From Welwitschia mirabilis (Eukaryota), in the NCBI GenBank assembly GCA_051453625.1, contig JBOZIK010000001.1, positions 20,992,668-21,039,068 on the forward strand: a DNA stretch of 46,401 bases, given 5' to 3'. Below are positions 37,166 through 46,401 of this stretch, piece by piece. Position 1 is the first letter of the stretch, and each line of letters opens with the position of its first letter. The notes below the pieces were generated by a model. That model made no database searches. It had not been told where the DNA came from and worked only from the letters and a program-made list of their open reading frames with translations. The position numbers were made by a program, and so were the translations under genes.

Positions 37166-39298
37166 TGTTAAATTATGTTTTACCAATTGATGTCAAACTA
37201 ATGTTTTCTATGTAGCAAATATTGTGTATCTTGTACAAAAAATGTTAACCACTTGCAAGTTATATTCTAAAGCCATGAATGTTAAAGTTTAATTACTAGA
37301 AATATGTCAAGTTTACTTACCCTCTTGAGGAGTCAACTGGACTTTCAAGGGGTCAACCGCACCTACAACATACTCTTAGAATTGAACTAAATTCAGAGGA
37401 GTTAACCAGATTTCTAAGGGGTCGACCAAACCCATGATCTTAAGAGCCAATATCCTTGAACTGAATGACAAGGGATCGACTGGACCTATAATGGGGTCAA
37501 CTAGATTTGTGGACCTAAGAATAGTATCCTTGAACTAAATGTCAAGGAGTTGATTGGATCTATTATGGGGTCGAATGAATATATGAACCTGAGAAATTAC
37601 CCTTGAACTGATTATTAAAGGGCTGACTGGACCTTTAAAAGGGTCCATTATACCTAAGCACTGTGTAGCTGATATCCCTGAGATGATCATTATAGGGTCG
37701 ACCGAACACTTGAATGGGTCGACTAGACCTGATGCAAGAAATTGAAATGATCTTTTATTAAGACTAGCAGGGGACTGGAAATAATTATGGGTGACTGAAT
37801 GGGGGTTGACCAGACCCTGATGTGTCAACTAGATATAAAGCCATAAGAAACTAGGGCGATCAAAAACTTCACTCGGGTGACCTATATAGGTCACAATACT
37901 AGGAGGAGTCAATTGGACTTTTGAGGGATTAAATGGCCAGAATGGAACTAAAATTTTATATCAATTACATATCCATTAGATATTTGTTTTCTAGCTGTTT
38001 ATAGCTATTGGAAGTTCATATTCAATTATAATAAATCCTAAAAGCCTTCCAATATAAATAGCTAAGAGAGGTATGACTAAAAAGATTTTTGGACTCTNNN
38101 NNNNNNNNNNNNNNNNNNNNNNNNNNNNNNNNNNNNNNNNNNNNNNNNNNNNNNNNNNNNNNNNNNNNNNNNNNNNNNNNNNNNNNNNNNNNNNNNNNNN
38201 NNNNNNNNNNNNNNNNNNNNNNNNNNNNNNNNNNNNNNNNNNNNNNNNNNNNNNNNNNNNNNNNNNNNNNNNNNNNNNNNNNNNNNNNNNNNNNNNNNNN
38301 NNNNNNNNNNNNNNNNNNNNNNNNNNNNNNNNNNNNNNNNNNNNNNNNNNNNNNNNNNNNNNNNNNNNNNNNNNNNNNNNNNNNNNNNNNNNNNNNNNNN
38401 NNNNNNNNNNNNNNNNNNNNNNNNNNNNNNNNNNNNNNNNNNNNNNNNNNNNNNNNNNNNNNNNNNNNNNNNNNNNNNNNNNNNNNNNNNNNNNNNNNNN
38501 NNNNNNNNNNNNNNNNNNNNNNNNNNNNNNNNNNNNNNNNNNNNNNNNNNNNNNNNNNNNNNNNNNNNNNNNNNNNNNNNNNNNNNNNNNNNNNNNNNNN
38601 NNNNNNNNNNNNNNNNNNNNNNNNNNNNNNNNNNNNNNNNNNNNNNNNNNNNNNNNNNNNNNNNNNNNNNNNNNNNNNNNNNNNNNNNNNNNNNNNNNNN
38701 NNNNNNNNNNNNNNNNNNNNNNNNNNNNNNNNNNNNNNNNNNNNNNNNNNNCATTGTGATCCAGACCAAGAAAGGTCTTTTCTTTATTGTATTTATACAT
38801 TCAAGGCTAGATTTTATACTACACCATTGCATCTATTATAAGAAAAGAGCTCCACTAAAATCGTTGTACCAAATGATGAGTGATATCTATGCATCTTAAT
38901 ATTACTCCATCATTATCTTACATTGTGAAAGGTTGAGACTTAGCTTGCAAAAGTCTGTTAAAAGGTTAAGACTTATTTTACAAAAGTTCATTTGTAAAGT
39001 TTACAGGTAAACTTGCAATATCTGGAAGAATAATGAAGATCTAGATCAGGCTTGACGATAAGCTCATCATCAAGAGTGGAGTAGGGCGTTTTTCAAACCA
39101 CTATAAAATCCTACGTAAATCTATTTGGTATTTTATGCTTTCTATTAGTTTTATTACTTTAAATACTTTTAGTTTTCCTTTGCATACATGAATTTATCAG
39201 TAATTTATTTTGAGCAAGTTTTTGTTATATTATGAGTCTTATATAGTTAATTTTTAAAGAACCTATTCACCTCCCTTCTAGGATTCTCGATCCTATCA
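37166..39298 (+). repeat. 3' LTR of the Sirevirus-type element (contains a 654-N gap)
   Basis: TGTTAAATTATG...CCTATTCACCTCCCTTCTAGG...CCTATCA, collinear with 29885-31437. Confidence 0.92.
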
Positions 39299-39810
39299 CA
39301 TATATCCATATGGAAGAATGATACTAAATGTTTCACTTAGTTTAAATTTAGATCACTACAAAGCTATTATCAATGATAAGATTGAGAGGAAGTGGGATAA
39401 GTTTCTTGGAGGATTTCTAAGCATGTAAAGGATTAGAAATAATGCAACACCTATTTTGGAATTACTCATTTGTGGTTAATATGTAAAGGATAGTAGATAA
39501 AAGGGCCACTTGTGATAGCATTCTTTTCAATATTAGTAGAGGCTATTAAGTGATACTGTGGTTTATTTGGAGGGTGATAAATAATCATATTTTCTCTGGG
39601 ATGGTATCAAACACACACATAAAAAAAAAACCTCCCTCATCTTAAGAAAGATCTAAGCTCACTAGGTGATAAAAAGAATGGGGAAACACCTCCACTACAA
39701 ACCAATAGATAGTGTTAAATATAGAAATAACAAGAACCTTTGACATAGGATTTAATAGATGGAATGAAAGATACTGACTGAGTTAAATAATAACCTAATC
39801 TTCAACTCAG
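39299..39810 (+). mobile_element. LINE ORF2, piece 5 (C-terminal region)
   Basis: 'SIWKN' just after the TSD, and 'ILWFIWRVINNHIF' at ~39553-39594, the W.IW..RN..IF motif of plant L1 ORF2. The 3' boundary is uncertain. Confidence 0.7.
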
Positions 39811-39819
39811 CCAAAGTTA

Positions 39820-40383
39820 TGACCCTTATGTAACTACCACCTAACATAATAATGACTTAAAATTTAAGCCTCTTTTCTTATCTATAAAAGTGTATTTACA
39901 TCCAATTGTAAACATTTTTTGATTGGCTACATGTGGATAAGCTTTAAAGGCTAGGACGTCATAGTACTAACACTTTTTCTTAGGGCAGAATGATCCAAGG
40001 ATAATTGAGGAGTTCTTATTCTTCACCTTTTCCATTGATGTAATGTATAATCTAGAATGGTTTCTCTTTCATTATTAATGTGTAACTTAGTTTGGCATTA
40101 GCAATATTGATGTAAGACCATTCTAGAACTTATCTAAATCCTTTCATTATTATTGCATATTAATTTGACATTAGTAGTATTTAGGTAGGACTAATTGTAA
40201 GTGTGTTTCATACTTTTATTATTATTGCACATTAACTTGACATTAGCAATTTTTAGATGGATCTTACTTAATTTTTAAGTTTTAGGATATAGCAAGCATT
40301 AAAGTGAAGGAAAAGAATAGGATGAATCAATAGATCTTTGGATCATTTCCATTGCTTACATCATCAATCAAAGATCACTTCTT
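39820..40383 (+). repeat. Partial second copy of family-C LTR-like sequence
   Basis: Collinear with ~29212-29795 (CCCTTATGTAA...CATCATCAATCAAAGAT.ACTTCTT) and runs into an N-gap. Confidence 0.8.
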
Positions 40384-40483
40384 NNNNNNNNNNNNNNNNN
40401 NNNNNNNNNNNNNNNNNNNNNNNNNNNNNNNNNNNNNNNNNNNNNNNNNNNNNNNNNNNNNNNNNNNNNNNNNNNNNNNNNNN

Positions 40484-41907
40484 TCACTTATCTCAACTCT
40501 CTTATTCTCTTAATGAAACTTCAATTAATGATTCCTTTCCAAATGTATAACTATTTACTATTAAATAACTCTATGCCATCTCCTCTACTCATCCTGCTCC
40601 TTGGTATGCTAACTTCATGCATTATATTATTACCATAAAAACACCTCATCATTGAAACCATAACTAATGAAAATATTTTCTCCATGGGGTTGATGATTAT
40701 GAGTGAAATGAAACCCATCTTTACCATTGATGTAAAGATAAAATCATGTGTAAATATGTGTCTGAATGGGAAAAGATAGATGTCATTGGCCTCTATCATG
40801 ATGGGTATGTGAGGGATACTTTACTAGCCAAAAGATTGTAATGAAAATTCTTCATTTGGTTTTTATTAGCCTATTCTTTTTAAGAATTCTTTCAACTTTG
40901 ATAAAAGATGTGATGCTTATCAACGATATGGTAGCCTAACTTTCTTTCAAGAAATGCCCCTTAAAAGTATGCTTTAATGTACACCTTTTAAATGTTAGGG
41001 AATTTATTTTATATTCCCTATGCACCAACCTTCTCATAATAAAAAATACGTCGTATCGGCTACTGATCATGTTATCAAATAAGTCAAACCTATTTATACT
41101 ACCAAGAATGATGCTTAAATTGTTTGCAATTTTGTTTGAACTCATATATTTCAAAATTGTGGTTTACCTAGAATCATCATAAGTAATCAAGGAACTCATT
41201 TAATTAATTACCTTTTTTGAAAGATTCTTTTATCCATTGAAATCGAACATAGAATTGCATGTACTTCCCACCCACAAACTTATAGCCAAGCTGAAAGTGC
41301 TAATAGGGAAATTAAGAATATGCTTTAAAAACTAGTCTATGTTAATTAAAAAACTTGGGCTTCTAAACCTAATGATGTTTTTTAAACTTATCATACTACT
41401 TGGTAAAACTCTCTAGGTTTTTCAACTTATGGACTTGTGTACAAAAAGTTTTGTATCTTGCTAGTTGATGTTTGCTATAACTCCTATTAATCCACCCATT
41501 AACTTAATCTTATGAACTTATATGAAAATATTTAGATTTTATTAGCTCAACTTAATTATTTAGATGAAAAATGTACTTGTGCTTTACATTATCAACTCAT
41601 TTATAAAGCATAATCCAAGTTTAAACATGATAAAAAGATTATTCATAACTAATTTGAACTTGTTTAACTAGTTCTTTTATACAACACTCGAGTGCACATT
41701 TTACATAAGAACTTAACATCTAAATGGTTAGGTCCTTATATTATAAAAAAAGTATATTTTAATGGATTAGTTGAAATCTCTAATCTAAAAATTAGGAAAA
41801 ATCAAAAAGTCAAGGAAGAAAGGTTAAAAATTTATGAATCATCTACCAAGCAAATCTTGAATATTATAGAAGAAATTATTTTAGAAACCCCTCTTAATAA
41901 GAAGTAA
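40484..41907 (+). pseudogene. Decayed Athila-type Ty3/gypsy integrase
   Basis: 'APWYANF', 'KRCDAYQRYG', 'EMPL', 'GLPRIIISNQGTHL', 'HRIACTSHPQTYSQAESANREIKNML', 'LVYKKFCILLV', 'LTSKWLGPYIIKKV', 'KVKEERLKIY'. Confidence 0.9.
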
Positions 41908-44585
41908 TTTCCTTCTACCATTGTTTAAATTCTTTCTTAACTAATTCCTTGGGTATATGTTATGCTATCACTTGATCATCTTTAATTTGACTTATGAATT
42001 ACCTTATGAAGTTACCATAATTAGTAATCTTCTGACTTTGGCATTCTTAATGATAAGATTGAATTTACTCAATCTTCATACATTCATACATCTATGAACT
42101 TCTTTTAAAGAAAGATGCCTTGGTTCTTTTANNNNNNNNNNNNNNNNNNNNNNNNNNNNNNNNNNNNNNNNNNNNNNNNNNNNNNNNNNNNNNNNNNNNN
42201 NNNNNNNNNNNNNNNNNNNNNNNNNNNNNNNNNNNNNNNNNNNNNNNNNNNNNNNNNNNNNNNNNNNNNNNNNNNNNNNNNNNNNNNNNNNNNNNNNNNN
42301 NNNNNNNNNNNNNNNNNNNNNNNNNNNNNNNNNNNNNNNNNNNNNNNNNNNNNNNNNNNNNNNNNNNNNNNNNNNNNNNNNNNNNNNNTTAGTTGACCAT
42401 GCTTTATGGGTTATTACTCCTCTGACAATGGTTGAACTACCCTCATCATGGAGAAATAATTATCATTTAGAGGCTATAGGGATCAATGATATTCCTAGTA
42501 TCATTAGAGGCATTGCTTAGTTTCTAGGCTCATGGTGCATATAATTTTCCCACATGATCATTTACCTTCTTTGGATTTTGGTGTTGTTTTAAGATATAAG
42601 AAGGTGAACCCATTTCTGACCACTTTTGATCTTATCATTCATTGNNNNNNNNNNNNNNNNNNNNNNNNNNNNNNNNNNNNNNNNNNNNNNNNNNNNNNNN
42701 NNNNNNNNNNNNNNNNNNNNNNNNNNNNNNNNNNNNNNNNNNNNNNNNNNNNNNNNNNNNNNNNNNNNNNNNNNNNNNNNNNNNNNNNNNNNNNNNNNNN
42801 NNNNNNNNNNNNNNNNNNNNNNNNNNNNNNNNNNNNNNNNNNNNNNNNNNNNNNNNNNNNNNNNNNNNNNNNNNNNNNNNNNNNNNNNNNNNNNNNNNNN
42901 NNNNNNNNNNNNNNNNNNNNNNNNNNNNNNNNNNNNNNNNNNNNNNNNNNNNNNNNNNNNNNNNNNNNNNNNNNNNNNNNNNNNNNNNNNNNNNNNNNNN
43001 NNNNNNNNNNNNNNNNNNNNNNNNNNNNNNNNNNNNNNNNNNNNNNNNNNNNNNNNNNNNNNNNNNNNNNNNNNNNNNNNNNNNNNNNNNNNNNNNNNNN
43101 NNNNNNNNNNNNNNNNNNNNNNNNNNNNNNNNNNNNNNNNNNNNNNNNNNNNNNNNNNNNNNNNNNNNNNNNNNNNNNNNNNNNNNNNNNNNNNNNNNNN
43201 NNNNNNNNNNNNNNNNNNNNNNNNNNNNNNNNNNNNNNNNNNNNNNNNNNNNNNNNNNNNNNNNNNNNNNNNNNNNNNNNNNNNNNNNNNNNNNNNNNNN
43301 NNNNNNNNNNNNNNNNNNNNNNNNNNNNNNNNNNNNNNNNNNNNNNNNNNNNNNNNNNNNNNNNNNNNNNNNNNNNNNNNNNNNCATTTAGTAGTTTCTT
43401 ATTATCTTTTTTCTTTTTACTTGACGTTTTATTCATAAGGATTATCCTTCTTCTAATACTTTTCGGTATATACTTTCTATTTGAGTTTTTACTTTCTCTT
43501 TTTACATGCTGATTGTATTTGGGAGGCATTTGAGGATTTTTTTCCCTTCCTTTTGAGCATTACTTCTTTCTACTTGGTGCATTGTCATGGTTTTATCCTC
43601 TTTTTTTAAATCCCTTCCATATTTGACTCCTTTTCTATGATCATTTCTTTAGCTGATTCTTCACTTTTCCTCATCTTAATAACTTTCTAATGACTTTTTG
43701 AGGCTTTACTATTGTGATCCTTACTTATTTGATCTTTTATAGCCTTTTTTGTTTTTTCTCAACTTCTCTATCTAAGTGCCATTCCATGTTTTTCATCCGC
43801 ACAACATGGAGGATGATAATTTATTTCTTATACTATTTCAATATGGGATGTATTGATTCACCTGTTGGGAGGGGATAGGACATTTAAGTTATTTTTGTGA
43901 TATCAAGCAAAATTTTTAATTTTTAAATATCACTTTTAAGATTTCATGATACATATATGTGATGAACTGATTTCATATTACTAGCATTTCAAACAATATT
44001 TAGCAGGACCAGACTTGATCTAGGATACGCAAGTAATCATGATAAGGAAAGCCACATTAGGATTATTTTTTCATTTTTTTTCCTTATGAATTTTATTCAC
44101 AATTTACTAATTGATTTATATATCTCATTTTGAGTTATCACTACTTAGTTTATAAAGAAAACTTTGAGTTTTCACTATTATGCACATACATCATCATTTT
44201 TTGATTTATCATAGTTATATCTTATAATGATTTTTTATGTATGATATTCAATCATTATCTTGTGACACGTTAAAATTTTAAGTGGGCTAATGAAGATTTT
44301 AGCACTTAGATTTTTCTAATGATCATGTTCATAGGCACTCAGTTTTTATTTTAGTTTGAAAAGCCTATCGTACCCATTATTGTCCCCATGACAAAGTGGA
44401 CCATAGATCTATTATGCATTCTACAAAGGTATTATGTTAGTGTTTAATATTTAATCCTACATGATAAATATTTCTGAACTTAGTTTTACATTTTTCTAGT
44501 TATTTTTTATCTTGGTCAAATTGGCTTGCAAATCGTAGTTGATTACTTACTTTGTTAAGGATTGACAAGGCTAAGTGGAGGGTTA

Positions 44586-45613
44586 TATTACAATGCTAAT
44601 TTGTAATTTTGATAGAATATTTTAAGTATTTTTGTAGGATATTTATACAATTTTAGATGTAATTATAATGACTATAAAGAGTCAATGGAATGATCACTGA
44701 AACATGCAATTCTTGATATATTTGGAGGCATTTTAGGCATATTTGATACTTAACGTTTTGAAGAAAAGATCAATGATGTATAAGACTAATTTATCTTAAG
44801 CTAAAAAGATAAAGAAGTCCGTCGTCCCCTCTATCATCCCCTTGACAGTTAAGATGACAACCTTGCTAACATGGATTAAAGCCGAGAGCCAATGAGGAGC
44901 TAAGGGCCATGACAAGAATATCTAAGAAGTTATCATCCCAATTGTCATCCTCACAATACCTAGGTTGAAAGCACTACTGACATGAACTATAATTATAAAG
45001 TTTACTATAGGTTAGAAGTTGATGAATCACCTTTTATTGTGAAGTATCATGCCCATTATGTCCCCACGATAGTTAGGATGATAGCTATTTTGTATCAATA
45101 AAAATAAATTATCTTTGTAATGAGGTTACATGCCCATGTGGGTTGCTAATATTTGTTCTCCTACTTCTAGGGTTTTTCCTCTATAAAACTATAAATACCC
45201 CCCTCTTTCCTTCAATTCGTTTCCATCTTTTATACCTCATATTCCTGTGATGAAAGATTGAAAGATAAGAGGTCCATCCATTAGCTACAGAGAGAAGATT
45301 TTCTTGGTGTTGGGCTGAGTATTCTTTATTAAGGTACTGCTACTTTGTTTATAAGTGGATGTTAATTAATGATTAATACAAGAACTCTTTTCACTTCTAT
45401 TGTGTGAATCTCCCTTATGATTTAAGTTGATTATAATTTTGTGACAACTTCATAGTTTGTTTAGATCATAAGGACAACCTTTATTAAAGTTGACATTATT
45501 AGTTTAGAATTGCATTATTGCAGTGTGTATTTATGCATGATTTTACGTTCAAATAGATTATGTCATTAATAATTAAAATAGATATTATGCATAATACATT
45601 ACACTAATATAAT
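44586..45613 (+). repeat. 3' LTR (family D) of the plus-strand Athila-like element, truncated by a gap
   Basis: Preceded by the PPT-like junction TTTGTTAAGGATTGACAAGGCTAAGTGGAGGGTTA. Has TATAAATACCCCC at ~45190. Homologous to the reverse complement of ~22690-23500. Confidence 0.7.
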
Positions 45614-45924
45614 NNNNNNNNNNNNNNNNNNNNNNNNNNNNNNNNNNNNNNNNNNNNNNNNNNNNNNNNNNNNNNNNNNNNNNNNNNNNNNNNNNNNNNN
45701 NNNNNNNNNNNNNNNNNNNNNNNNNNNNNNNNNNNNNNNNNNNNNNNNNNNNNNNNNNNNNNNNNNNNNNNNNNNNNNNNNNNNNNNNNNNNNNNNNNNN
45801 NNNNNNNNNNNNNNNNNNNNNNNNNNNNNNNNNNNNNNNNNNNNNNNNNNNNNNNNNNNNNNNNNNNNNNNNNNNNNNNNNNNNNNNNNNNNNNNNNNNN
45901 NNNNNNNNNNNNNNNNNNNNNNNN

Positions 45925-46401
45925 ATTAAAATGGTAATAATATTCAGGTTACAAAACAACTGGGTCTCAATGGAAGATACTCAGCCCTTCACCAAGTGCT
46001 TGTCTTTCTGCAACTCTTAAGATAAATCTCCTACCCTTCGCTCTCCTGTTATGAGAATTTCTGATGCATCGAAGATGGAAAGAAGAGTCAAGGGGGTCCT
46101 TATTTAGAGGAAGAATACAACAAAAAACGGATAGACAGAAGGTGTGGTTATGCGCGATCAGTGACAGTTACATGTCATTATCATCTAGGCTATTGTCCAA
46201 ATGATAAGATGAATGATAGACTATTATAAAATATCTTTAAAATGATGAATCAGTAGTTCACATAAGTAGTCATCATCCTACCTATTGTGTGGACGACGAA
46301 GGGGACGATGGTCTTCTTTAATGTCTTTCTTGAGGAGAAACTTTAGCAGTTTTATCATGAAAAGCTCTGTTCATCAGAAAGTACCTTTAATGCATCAAAT
46401 T
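45925..46401 (-). repeat. Family-D-related LTR fragment, inverted relative to 44586-45613
   Basis: ATACTCAGCCC..CACCAAG, CCTACCCTTC..TCTCCT.TTATGAGAAT match 22905-22990 directly. The reverse complement of 46270-46320 matches 44811-44860. Confidence 0.65.

Larger units (their letters stand above)
29885..39298 (+). mobile_element. Sirevirus (SIRE/Maximus)-type Ty1/copia element, decayed and rearranged
   Basis: Paired TG...CA LTRs, TSD CGTAT (29880-29884) / CATAT (39299-39303), Met-type PBS TGGTATCATAGC at 31440, gag/protease/integrase remnants, an extra ORF, and multiple PPTs (AAAAGGAGGAGA ~36608, GAGGGGGAG ~37093, GAAGGAGGAGAT 37154-37165). Confidence 0.92.

Noticed and set aside
16497..45959. 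Long ORFs consisting mostly of X
   Set aside because: They are artefacts of translating N-gaps.

Overview
AT-rich, gap-containing plant genomic window with one intact host gene in a heavily decayed, nested retrotransposon landscape. The gene is a 3-exon R3H/SUZ-domain RNA-binding protein on the minus strand (CDS 8967..8006, 7919..7559, 7447..7391; 459 aa). A decayed L1-type LINE lies downstream of it (minus, ~146-3790). A second L1-type LINE lies upstream (plus, from ~11810), and its ORF2 can be reassembled from five pieces out to ~39800. Four LTR-derived inserts split this LINE within about 750 bp of its original sequence: an 11-kb Athila-like Ty3/gypsy block with three LTRs, a Sirevirus-type solo LTR, a second solo LTR, and a 9.4-kb Sirevirus-type Ty1/copia element with a CGTAT/CATAT target-site duplication. 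The right end holds an Athila-like integrase region and two related LTRs in inverted orientation. I found no convincing novel non-TE system. The best leads are TE architecture: the insertion hotspot, the three-LTR element, and related extra ORFs in both the copia and gypsy elements. All alignments and motif matches were made by eye, TE boundaries are approximate, and several junctions coincide with N-gaps.
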